From: an uncultured Planctomycetota bacterium
GTDB taxonomy: Bacteria; Planctomycetota; Planctomycetia; Isosphaerales; Isosphaeraceae
Length of the DNA stretch: 64,000 bases
Direction: 5' to 3'
Assembly: GCA_963823665.1 (NCBI GenBank)
Contig: CAWGMQ010000007.1
Location: 32,001-96,000 of the forward strand
The position numbers were made by a program, and so were the translations under genes. Below are positions 23,201 through 32,084 of this stretch, in pieces. Each line of letters begins with the position of its first letter. The stretch's first letter is position 1. Below the pieces are notes generated by a model. The model saw only the letters and a list, made by a program, of their open reading frames with translations. It was not told the DNA's origin and made no database searches.

Positions 23201-23747
23201 ACCGGGCACGACTGATCGAGTCGTCGACGTGCTGATCGAGGATTTGCTTGACAGCCACCTCGCGGTGCAGCTCGGTATCGAGAGCGACGAAGACCGCTCC
23301 CAGCCCGCCCTGGGCGTGCTGGCGCAGGATGCGAAATCGCTGGCCATCTGACGGTGACCGATCCCACTGTGTAGGCGACCGTGCCGTCGGAATTCTCACC
23401 AGCCAGCGTGGGTTCCAGCCCAGGAGGGACAATCGAGCCCGTCGATCTCGGTATCGACCAGCCGAGCCAGGCTCTCGCGGATCGGACGGACCGGCGGTGA
23501 CGGCCGCCAGGCTCTGCTCGGCGTCGCCCTTGAACTTCTTCAAGTGCAGCGCGACGATCGCCTCGACACCGGCACGCTGCTCGGCGTCCAGGTCCCCCCG
23601 CGCCGCCAGGTGCTCCGCGAGCGGCCGGTCCCCGGCACGTGTCCAGGCCTGAAACGCCGCAACGAGCTGACCCTGGTCGATCAGGCCGATCTGCAGCGTG
23701 AGCATCCCAAAGAGCAGGTCTCGCGATGGGTCGACAGAACGCGACAC
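20249..23747 (-). CDS. Ser/Thr protein kinase with TM helix and TPR repeats (several frameshifts)
   Basis: RDLLFG N-terminus; [41 protein letters not shown] in ORF 22731..23780; [17 protein letters not shown] and TPRs in ORF 20249..22843. Confidence 0.9.
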
Positions 23748-23880
23748 GATTGTCACCTCAGGATCGGGGCAGAGAGCCACAGGTTAGAACACCGCGAAAG
23801 GGCGGCGCATCAATGCATTGTAACCGCATGCGAGCGGGATTGCTTTGCCGTGCTGCCTGTGTGCGGGCCTTACTCGCCGG

Positions 23881-25133
23881 CTATTCGCCGTCTGGAGGAC
23901 CCGCTCGTGCCGCCGCGAAAACGCGACGGGCAGCGATTTCAGACCGTTCAAGAACCAGCCCGGGCCGCCGCCGCAGTGCCTGCCTCGGGACGACCAGATC
24001 GCAGGTCCGGAATCCGGCGAAGCAGGCTGTTGATGGCGATCTGCCCCTCCAGCCTTGCCAGCGGTGCACCCAGGCAGAAATGCACACCCTGGCCGAACGC
24101 CAGGTGCCGGTTCGGCTCCCGCGTGAGGTCCAGCGTATCCGGGTGATCGAACTGCCGCTCGTCCCGGTTGGCGGATGCCAGCACGGCAAAGACCATCTCG
24201 CCGCGCGGAATGGTCACGCCGGCGATCGTCACGTCCTCACGTGCATATCGTTCCGTCGCCGTTTGCACGGGACCGTCATAACGCAAGAGCTCTTCGACGG
24301 CCGGCTTGATCAGCGCCGGGTCGTCTCGCAGCCGATTCATCTGATCGGGATGCTCCATGAGCGCCAGCATTCCATTTCCGATCAGGTTGACAGTCGTCTC
24401 ATGGCCCGCGATCAAGAGCAGCGAGATCATCGCCAGCAGCTCGTCCTCGCTCAACTGGTCGCCGGCTTCGTGCGCCTCGACCAGGGCGCTCACCAGGTCA
24501 TCTTGCGGCGCCGCACGCCGGGTTCGGACAAGCCTGCGAATGTAACGCAGGAAAGCGATCAGGGACGGGATGGCCGCGAGGATTCCCCACCGGCTCGGCA
24601 CGGTCGACACGATGGTGTTCGACCACCGGTGGAACTTATGACGGTCTGAGACCGGCACACCCAGCATTTCCGCGATGATGGTCGTGGGTATCGGCAGTGC
24701 GTAGTCGCGAATCAGGTCCATGCGTCCCCGAAGCTGGACCTCATCGAGCAGCTCGTCGGTCAGTCGCTGGATGCGATCGCGCATGTTTTCGACCAGCCGC
24801 GGCGTGAACGCCATGTGCACCAGCCCGCGCAGCCGGGTGTGTTCGGGCGCGTCAACGTCGAGCATGTTGCGCTCGAGCGGCTTGAGCATGCTCGGAATCC
24901 ACGGCTCTCTCGCCATCTGATCCGGCGTCATGGCACTCCGCTTGTCTTTGACGAAGCGGTCATCCTTGAGCAACGGTGACCACGTCTTCGTAGCGGGTCA
25001 CCAGCCAGGCGGGTCGTTTGTCCCCAAGCACGATCCGGTGGACGGGCGCCTCCGCGCGAAGCCGCGCGTAGAACGGATACGGGTTGCCCTTGAAGGCCGC
25101 GCTGCTGATGTCGACATTCTCGATCGGAGCCAT
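23881..25133 (-). CDS. Cytochrome P450 (CYP107-like; frameshifts near 24975 and near the 3' end, end coordinate uncertain)
   Basis: [11 protein letters not shown]-terminus; AGHETT I-helix; EELLR; heme motif [20 protein letters not shown]. Confidence 0.92.
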
Positions 25134-25207
25134 GGAATTCCGCCTTTCAATGGATCATCTTATCACGGCGCGGATCATCGGTCTCGACCGTAGACTTCTC
25201 CGGACGA

Positions 25208-25498
25208 TCACGGTCGCTGATGTTCGCCGACCGATTGGCTCCGATCCGCGGGAGGCTTGGTTTCCGGCTGCTCCGCTTCGGCTCTTCCCACCCCATGCCC
25301 GCACGACTCGTAATGCAGCTTCATGTGCAAGTCGTGCATCGCACAATACGCTTTGTCGATCGCCTGGTAGATCGCGCCTTTCTCGGGAAACCCAAGCGCG
25401 TCCAGTCGCCGCCGGCATCGATGAAGAAAGTGAAGCATCGGCCGGATCCGATCCCGGAGCGCTTCAGCTTGCCTGGTCGTGAGCCGCGGTCGTTCCAT
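25208..25498 (-). CDS. Small hypothetical protein
   Basis: 96 aa, helical, coding-like composition; TTGACG upstream on the minus strand. Confidence 0.55.
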   Translation of the reverse strand: MERPRLTTRQAEALRDRIRPMLHFLHRCRRRLDALGFPEKGAIYQAIDKAYCAMHDLHMKLHYESCGHGVGRAEAEQPETKPPADRSQSVGEHQRP

Positions 25499-25867
25499 TC
25501 GTATACTGCATACACGTACACTTTCGCGCCGTCAAGGGTGAGTTTGAGATGCATCCTGGCGCTGGCGCGAGCGAGTCAGCCGCACGGATGCCTTGGTGGC
25601 GACCGTGCATGAGTGGCGAGGAATTGCACGCCCGCGTCGGTCCCAATTTTGCAAGCCGTTGTTCTTTACTCGCGACCTTGCGCCTGGCTCGAGGTCACAC
25701 CCCGAGGAGTTTCGGCCAACGAACGTTCATCGAGATTTCTATCAACTGTGAAGACTTTTTATACCCAACCGCGCACGAGCGGGCGCTATAATCGTTGTCC
25801 TCACCGACTTGCACGCAACGGACATCAATTCCGCGTTCGGCGATCATCCTGAGAAAGAATGTTGTCG

Positions 25868-26329
25868 ATGGATTTGCCGCGAAGGATCCGCGAGTTTCGC
25901 TATTTGAAAGGATGGAGCACGGTCGAGCTAGCCGGCCGTGCAAGGATTTCGCGCTCCGCGCTGAATCAGCTCGAGAGCGGTGCCACAAACAAACCTCACG
26001 CCGATACGCTGAAGCGGATTGCGCGCGCGCTTGGCGTTCCCATGGAATCCCTCCTGGAGTCGACGCCGATTCGAAACGGTCGCTCCGCGCGACTGCCGGT
26101 GCCCGCGGCGGCTCCGCCTGAGGTGCGGCGCGAATCGGCAACTCGATTTTCCTCGGCGCAGGTGGAGGAATTAGTTGAGATGTTCACGCTCCTTCTCTCC
26201 TCGCCGCTGGCTGAAGCACTCGCCCGAATTGTCGAGGAATCATCGAGGCTCGTACCAATCATTCCGCCGGACAGTGCGTCCGCCTGGCCGCAGCGTGTTC
26301 CTCATCGCGACACCTCTACCGGCGGCTGA
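25868..26329 (+). CDS. XRE/Cro-C1 HTH transcriptional regulator
   Basis: RIREFRYLKGWSTVELAGRARISRSALNQLESG..PHADTLKRIARALGVPMESLL; TATAAT at 25787-25792. Confidence 0.88.
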   Translation: MDLPRRIREFRYLKGWSTVELAGRARISRSALNQLESGATNKPHADTLKRIARALGVPMESLLESTPIRNGRSARLPVPAAAPPEVRRESATRFSSAQVEELVEMFTLLLSSPLAEALARIVEESSRLVPIIPPDSASAWPQRVPHRDTSTGG

Positions 26330-26444
26330 TCACGGCGGTAGTTCGCCAACAGGCCTGAGCGACAGCGACCTGTGATGAAAGTGTCTGGCAACGTACGAGA
26401 TTCGTGGTCCCGCGGGAAGTAGGGCGCACGCGTTGAGTTCAACT

Positions 26445-26516
26445 ACTCTTACTCCTGCTCTTGCTCTTGCTCTTGCTCTTGCTCTTGCTCTTAATCTTAA
26501 TCCCAATCTTAATCCT
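26445..26516 (+). repeat. Mixed hexamer microsatellite, 12 units
   Basis: ACTCTT ACTCCT (GCTCTT)6 AATCTT AATCCC AATCTT AATCCT. Confidence 0.9.
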
Positions 26517-26557
26517 GCTTCCACCCTCCATGTCGCGCCCTCCACCCCGAACAGCCA

Positions 26558-26618
26558 GTTCGTTTTGTAAATTCGTCGCGCATCCTTATGCCACAAGGAT
26601 TACGGGAACGCGCTCGCT
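26558..26618 (+). repeat. Dispersed core repeat, copy D
   Basis: GTTCGTTTTGTAAATTCGTCGCGCATCCTT-ATGCCAC-AAGGATTACGGGAACGCGCTCGCT. Confidence 0.85.
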
Positions 26619-26748
26619 TGTTCGGCGCGGGTCTCCGACCCGCCGCGATTGTGACCGAAGGTCTCCAACTTCTTCGCCCTCCGGCATCGCGGTGTTGTTT
26701 GGCGCGGGTCTCCGACCCCGCCATGATTGTGACCGAAGGTCTGCAACT
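26618..26748 (+). repeat. Two direct copies of a ~53 bp REP-like hairpin element
   Basis: TTGTTYGGCGCGGGTCTCCGACCC(C)GCC..GATTGTGACCGAAGGTCT.CAACT at 26618-26670 and 26695-26748. Confidence 0.8.
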
Positions 26749-26796
26749 CACCTTGGTCCCGCGTTCCATGTTCAACCGTCCACACCGACCGACCAC

Positions 26797-26857
26797 TTCG
26801 TTTTGTACATTCGTCGCGCGTCCTTACTCCACAAGGACTACGGGAACGAACGCGCTC
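26797..26857 (+). repeat. Dispersed core repeat, copy E
   Basis: TTCGTTTTGTACATTCGTCGCGCGTCCTT-ACTCCAC-AAGGACTACGGGAACG. Confidence 0.85.
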
Positions 26858-27145
26858 GGGCTAGAAGGGGAGTGACGGGCCAAACCCGAAGCCGAATCCT
26901 CGCCCCCGAGCATCCGGCTTTACCCCAGACTGGCCGTGGCGCGGCCGGCGCATCGGGCGTGCGCATGCGAGTCGGCAAATCGACGACTTTACTGATTCGA
27001 CACGCGGTCGACTGGGAAATCTCAAGAGACTTTCCGGGTTCCAGCGACGGAACCGATTAGCGAAAAAAATTGAAGCTATGTGCGCGCACGCGGTGCCGCC
27101 CCAGGCGGAGGTGGGGGGCCGTGCACGCGGACGGCCGCAGCCGGA

Positions 27146-27313
27146 GCTCCTGCTCCTGCTCCTAATCCTAATCCTAATCCTAATCCTAATCCTAATCCTA
27201 ATCCTAATCCTAATCCTAATCCTAATCCTAATCCTAATCCTAATCCTAATCCTAATCCTAATCCTAATCCTAATCCTAATCCTAATCTTAATCCTAATCT
27301 TAATCTTAATCCT
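27146..27313 (+). repeat. Hexamer microsatellite, 28 units, left of the IS
   Basis: (GCTCCT)3 (AATCCT)20 AATCTT AATCCT AATCTT AATCTT AATCCT. Confidence 0.95.
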
Positions 27314-27392
27314 GACGTCTCCGACAAAAGTTCGTCGAGTTTAGTTTTCTGCGCAAGTTAATGTAAAATCTGAGTTTATGTCCATTTCTCCC

Positions 27393-27421
27393 TTGACTCT
27401 AGCGAGGCGCACCTCTACATT
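27393..27421 (+). promoter_or_regulatory. sigma70-type promoter of the transposase
   Basis: TTGACT-17 nt-TACATT, then AAGGAG before ATG 27455. Confidence 0.6.
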
Positions 27422-27454
27422 CAAGTATCCCCTGCGAAAGGAGTTGCGCCCGCC

Positions 27455-29179
27455 ATGATCCACATCGTTGACCCGCGGCAAAACCGCCTGTTCGACCCCT
27501 TCGAGGGCGTCATACCTCCCGCCGGTCAACGGATCATCAGCTCGGGCTGGCAGGGAGTCTTTCGACACGTCCTCCTCAAACTGATGCCCGTAGGTCAACT
27601 GGCCCAGCATTTCAGCCGGGAACTGGGAGCCCCCACCAAGGAACTGTACTCGATGGCCGGCTTGGTCTTCATGACCGACTTCTTCGACTGGACCGCCCAA
27701 GAGGCCGCCGAGGCTTACATCTTCCGCAGCGACGTCCAATACGCCCTTAACTTGGAGCCCGGCGTTGAAGTGTCGTCGCGCACGGTCGAGCGTTACCAAA
27801 AGCTCTTTCGCGAGAACGAACTGGCCGCTCAGGTCTTCCACGACGTGACGATTGGACTGGCGGAAAAGCTCGAACTCGACATCTCCCGCCAGCGGCTCGA
27901 CTCGACCCACGTCTTTTCTCACATGGCCAGCTTTGGTCGCACCAAGCTGATGGCCGTGGCAATCAAGCGGTTCCTGACCCAGGTGATCCGGCATGCCCCT
28001 GAGCGGTACGCCGCGTTGCCCGCGGAGTTCTGCGGGCGCTACGAACCGGCAGAATCGCAGTTGTTCGCCGCCGCCAAGGATGCCGAGGCTCGACAGCGGT
28101 CGCGGCAGCAAGCAGCCGAGGACTTGTGCTGGATCATCGACCACTTCGCCAATTGTCCCGACATGACGGCCCGGTCGAGCTACAAGGCCCTAGTCACGAT
28201 CTTCAGCCAGCAGTGCGAACTGAGTGAGGGCAAAGTTGTCGTGAAGGCCAAGACCGGCGGTGACTGCGTTCAGAACCCGTCCGACCTCAGCGCCGGCTAC
28301 GACGCCCACAAAGGTAAGGGCTATCAGGTGCAGATCACCGAGACGTGCAGCTCTGAGAACGAGGTGCAGTTGATCACAGGCGCTCTGCCGCAGGGTGCCG
28401 CGGAGCACGACGGCACGGCGGTGGTGCCGATGCTCGATCAACTCGAAGACTCGAAGTTGTTGCCCGAGGAGATGCTGGCTGACACGCTCTACTGCGGCGA
28501 CGAGAACGTACAAGCGGCCGAGGACCGCGGCGTGGAGCTGGTCGGACCGATCCCCGGTCGGGAGCCGGCAAGCGACCCTGGGGCGCTGACGCTGGACGAC
28601 TTCGCGGTGGATGAACGGACCGGGCGGGTGGAAGCCTGTCCGCAAGGGCACATGCCGCTTGTGGTCGAGCGGAACGAAGAAGTAGGCACGACGCGAATCC
28701 AGATGGCGGCGGCAGCGTGCGAAGGATGCCCGTTCCGCACGTCGTGCCCGATCCACCAAACGCGGGATGGTCGCTACGAGCTGGATTTCAGTGACAAGGA
28801 TCATCGGATGGCTGGGCGTCGCCGGGAACAAGAGACACCGGTATTCGCGGAGCGGTACAGGATGCGCTCGGGCATCGAGTCGACCAATAGCGGCTTGAAG
28901 AATCGGCTGAGGTTGGAACGTCTGCGAGTGCGAGGCCGCGGGAGTGTGTTCCGTGTGATCCTGCACAAAGTGGCGGGCTGGAACGTGCTACGGGCGGCAG
29001 CGTCGAAGAAGCTGCGCGCGTGGGTGAGCCGCGAAGTGGCCCAGACGCTGAAAGGAGCTGAATCTGGGCCAACTGGGCGACTCTGCGCGCTCGTTCTGAG
29101 GCTGTGGGACGGTTTTCAGATGATTTTCCGCGGTTCTCACGGCTGTTCGGTTGATCTTGGAGGCTGTTGGGCCGCTTGA
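27455..29179 (+). CDS. IS1182/IS5-type DDE transposase
   Basis: QRLDSTHV, GYQVQITETC, MLADTLYCG, CPQG..CEGCPFRTSCP insertion, YRMRSGIESTNSGLK, LRVRG. Confidence 0.9.
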   Translation: MIHIVDPRQNRLFDPFEGVIPPAGQRIISSGWQGVFRHVLLKLMPVGQLAQHFSRELGAPTKELYSMAGLVFMTDFFDWTAQEAAEAYIFRSDVQYALNLEPGVEVSSRTVERYQKLFRENELAAQVFHDVTIGLAEKLELDISRQRLDSTHVFSHMASFGRTKLMAVAIKRFLTQVIRHAPERYAALPAEFCGRYEPAESQLFAAAKDAEARQRSRQQAAEDLCWIIDHFANCPDMTARSSYKALVTIFSQQCELSEGKVVVKAKTGGDCVQNPSDLSAGYDAHKGKGYQVQITETCSSENEVQLITGALPQGAAEHDGTAVVPMLDQLEDSKLLPEEMLADTLYCGDENVQAAEDRGVELVGPIPGREPASDPGALTLDDFAVDERTGRVEACPQGHMPLVVERNEEVGTTRIQMAAAACEGCPFRTSCPIHQTRDGRYELDFSDKDHRMAGRRREQETPVFAERYRMRSGIESTNSGLKNRLRLERLRVRGRGSVFRVILHKVAGWNVLRAAASKKLRAWVSREVAQTLKGAESGPTGRLCALVLRLWDGFQMIFRGSHGCSVDLGGCWAA

Positions 29180-29225
29180 GCGTGCATCACTGACAATTCA
29201 CAGGCGGCATTCTGTCGGCAGCGTC

Positions 29226-29267
29226 AATCCTAATCTTAATCCTAATCTTAATCCTAATCCCGCTCCC
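29226..29267 (+). repeat. Hexamer microsatellite, continuation right of the IS
   Basis: AATCCT AATCTT AATCCT AATCTT AATCCT AATCCC GCTCCC. Confidence 0.9.
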
Positions 29268-29551
29268 GCCCTTCACCCCCCACCCTGACCACCGAGTTCG
29301 GGCGTGGATTAAGCGCGGGTAACACTCCTCGACGCCATTCGATTTGCACTGGATTGCACTCGGTGCGTGAATTTCACCGCTGTTCTCCGGATGAGCGGAG
29401 ATCGACGAGGAGGAGGAGGAGCAGGTAGGAAAGAAAAGCAAAGGGAGCCGCCCAACGCGCCAGCATCGCGCGTTCGCAGACTCAGCCCTAAGGAACAGGC
29501 CGGAAATAACTTCCCGATTTCGGTCTCAATCCTACCACGACGGAAAGCCCT

Positions 29552-29576
29552 CGTTCCGACGCTCTGCGTCGGAACG
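29552..29576. repeat. Perfect 11-bp hairpin, REP-like
   Basis: CGTTCCGACGC-TCT-GCGTCGGAACG. Confidence 0.65.
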
Positions 29577-29909
29577 GTCTTTGTGCCGCTCCGCGGCGCA
29601 CTTCACGTAAATCGACGGAATTTGGTTCCGGCCCGTTCCTAAGTACAATATGCGACCGGTTTCAGCGATCGGCAATAAAAGCGCCCAAAAAAACTGCAAT
29701 CACTCAATCGAAGCGGCTGCAACGTCAGGAGCTGCGGCTTTGCGCGATTTCTTCGTTAATTGTGAACACGCGGTCAAATGAAAACTGACCACGCGGTCGT
29801 CCCACCGGGTGAAAAATCACCCTCCCCCTGGTCCAGACCGTCCCACGCCGGGCACAGCTCAAATTCGAGGGCATTTCAAGACACGAAGTCAACTTCCACG
29901 CTCCGGCCT

Positions 29910-30122
29910 GAAAGGCCAAAATAACCCAGCCCAGGGCATCGCCATGGGTGTCCAATGCATCGCCGTGGGTTTGCGTTCCGGTTCTAAAGACATCGGTGGC
30001 TTGCCCCTCGCGCCGACTCCGGTGTCGGCGATCGAGATTGAGCTATGTATCTTATGGGCCACTCTCGCGATTCGGCCATTTCGTCGACCAGAGAATCTGG
30101 GAATTTTATCCGGCTTGCAACG
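29910..30122 (+). repeat. ~200 bp dispersed non-coding repeat, copy 2
   Basis: Colinear with 10351-10542, with a ~20 nt insertion. Confidence 0.8.
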
Positions 30123-30329
30123 CGTGCAACGACGAATTCGATCGGAGATCGACGTTGATCCCAAGAAAGCGTTCTATAGTGTTGGTAATCCGGCCACCCG
30201 AGTCGGGCGAAAACCAACGCGACATGACTGGATTACCTCGCCAGCCGCGGCGGTCGGGCGAGGTGGGCGCGGTCGCGCCATTCAGCGCGCGAACAACCCT
30301 CGTCGAAGCAGTCCCAATGGTGAACAATC

Positions 30330-30662
30330 GTGAGCAAGAAAGCTTACGGTGCGTGCCCCTCAGGATTCCGCGCCAGTTGCCGGCGGGCTTACGCGAGCGC
30401 GACTGGCAATTATGAAGAGCCAGGCAGAAACCTTGCGTCAATGGTGTCCTGTCTGCCACCCGACGACATCGACTTCACGCACTGGAGCGATCGCGTCGCA
30501 GAGCTTGCAAGTCTCGCTGCCGACGAGCACGACGAGGCGGTTATAGCGTGGCTGGGGCGGTGGATGCCCCGTTGTCTTGCGCTAGTTCCGACCGACTCTT
30601 ACCGGTCGTTCTTGCGGGGCATCTACCGCTATGCGAACGATTTCGACATCACAAAGGTCTGA
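30330..30662 (+). CDS. Hypothetical protein
   Basis: 110 aa, protein-like C-terminal half (DEAVIAWLGRWMPRCLALVP..FLRGIY); start uncertain. Confidence 0.55.
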   Translation: MSKKAYGACPSGFRASCRRAYASATGNYEEPGRNLASMVSCLPPDDIDFTHWSDRVAELASLAADEHDEAVIAWLGRWMPRCLALVPTDSYRSFLRGIYRYANDFDITKV

Positions 30663-31194
30663 ACCCTCCACGCCCAACCGACGATTCGCCATCGCCCCAT
30701 GCACCGCATCAATCGACAAGAGCCCATCATCGACGTCGATACCGTCGAGGACATCGAGCCTGGGAGCCCTTCGGCGCGGACGGCCTGAATACTCGAGCGC
30801 GACCACACTCGACCCCTACATTGCCCCGTGCGAGGCGTGCGCACCTCGGGCCGATCAAATTCCACGTTGATACGGTTGGACACGCCGGAAGAGCGTATCG
30901 GGCCTTGACTGGCCGCATTTTCGCACTGGTATCTTGCGTCCCGTTCTTTGCGCTGCAATCATGGTTTTGCCCGGATCCAGGATTCGGCGGCACATTCCTC
31001 TCCTTCTGAGTTTCCGCGGTCCGTTAAGGTTTTCTGGGGGGCCGCGGGCTTTGAATCCCCGCTAGTCCAGGCATTCCACACTCGCGGAATGGCCCGGGTT
31101 TCAATCCATAAGCCTGATTTAGGTTTGAACACGCGCTATGCGCGGCGGGCCAGGCCCCTGCGCTTTGGCGTTGAGCTCGAAAGGAGGGCCTTCT

Positions 31195-31554
31195 ATGCGG
31201 GCAACACTCGTCCGACGCGAATGGTTACTACGCACGCTGAAAGTCGAACTGCCGGGCGGAATCCATCTCGTGGAATACGATGGCGCCGGGCTCGGTTACG
31301 AGCAGGTGACCGTTGACGGAAGTACCGTAATCCGCGGTTCGCACCGCTGGTATGTGCCCCGTTTCGAGTTCGAGTTAGGTGGTTGGCCTGCCGTCGTCGA
31401 AGTCCGGGTGTGGCCATGGTTCGCACTTCGATCGTTCGCGTTGCTCGTAAACGACCACCTCATCTATGCCGAAGGGGTGGGGTGCGAGAGGAATGAATCC
31501 ACCCGATGGCTCCAGCGATTGGCACGACGGAGAATAACTGCGCACCGAAGCTGA
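31195..31554 (+). CDS. Hypothetical beta-rich protein
   Basis: AGGAGG before ATG 31195; MRATLVRREWLLRTLKVEL...LVEYDGAGLGYEQVTVDG...LIYAEG. Confidence 0.65.
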   Translation: MRATLVRREWLLRTLKVELPGGIHLVEYDGAGLGYEQVTVDGSTVIRGSHRWYVPRFEFELGGWPAVVEVRVWPWFALRSFALLVNDHLIYAEGVGCERNESTRWLQRLARRRITAHRS

Positions 31555-31768
31555 CCCGGCCCGGCGTGGTCGGCCGGCTGTGCCAGACCCAGGGTGCGGC
31601 CGGTTTTGTTTTTGGCCGCCACAGCTTGCGAGCACCGACTCGACGCGAGACAATCACCAACTCTTCGGTTGTACCGAAGCGGGCAAATCATACTTCTCCG
31701 GAGAGCATGCTCTGCGCGCTCGGCATTGTGATTGCGCTCTGTATCTTCGCTCGGAGAGGTTCGGGTCG

Positions 31769-32020
31769 ATGTTTTTCCTGCTTGTGCTGATCATGCTGGC
31801 CTGCTTGATCGGAGCCCACGACCGAGTTGGAGCCGAGCGCGACAACGCATCCGGGGCCTACCGCGACTCTTGGCCAGTTTGCCAGAATTGCGGTAAGGAA
31901 ATGCCGCCCTATAATGCAGGAGTGGTCATGACGTGGATATGCCCGCATTGCGGGGACTCTCGACGGCATAGCCCCGGCAAAGGTGGTAAGAAACCAGCAC
32001 CGTTCGACCCTGATTTCTGA
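31769..32020 (+). CDS. Small membrane-anchored/secreted zinc-ribbon protein
   Basis: Hydrophobic N-terminus, CQNC and CPHC. Confidence 0.45.
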   Translation: MFFLLVLIMLACLIGAHDRVGAERDNASGAYRDSWPVCQNCGKEMPPYNAGVVMTWICPHCGDSRRHSPGKGGKKPAPFDPDF

Positions 32021-32084
32021 CGAGTCCGGATTGCGATTCAACAACGTCGCCGGCAGCGGTGTCTTCCTTCAGGGCGAGCCACGA

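Larger units (their letters stand above)
27314..29225 (+). mobile_element. IS1182-like insertion sequence inserted in the microsatellite
   Basis: Imperfect terminal IRs GACGTCTCCGACAAAAG / ATTCTGTCGGCAGCGTC; flanked by AATCCT on both sides (27308-27313, 29226-29231). Confidence 0.8.

Noticed and set aside
25505..25522. LexA/SOS box-like CTGCATACACGTACAC before the 96-aa gene
   Set aside because: Two mismatches to CTGT-N8-ACAG, single occurrence, and I cannot support that motif for this lineage.
27164..27283. Eukaryotic telomere contamination, (TTAGGA)n
   Set aside because: The tract grades into related units found at four other loci and continues in phase beyond a bacterial IS.
27076..27361. 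ORFs encoding (LI)n, (PN)n and (GL)n; similar ones at 26330-27060 and 37583-37941
   Set aside because: Translations of the hexamer microsatellites, with no RBS or domain support.
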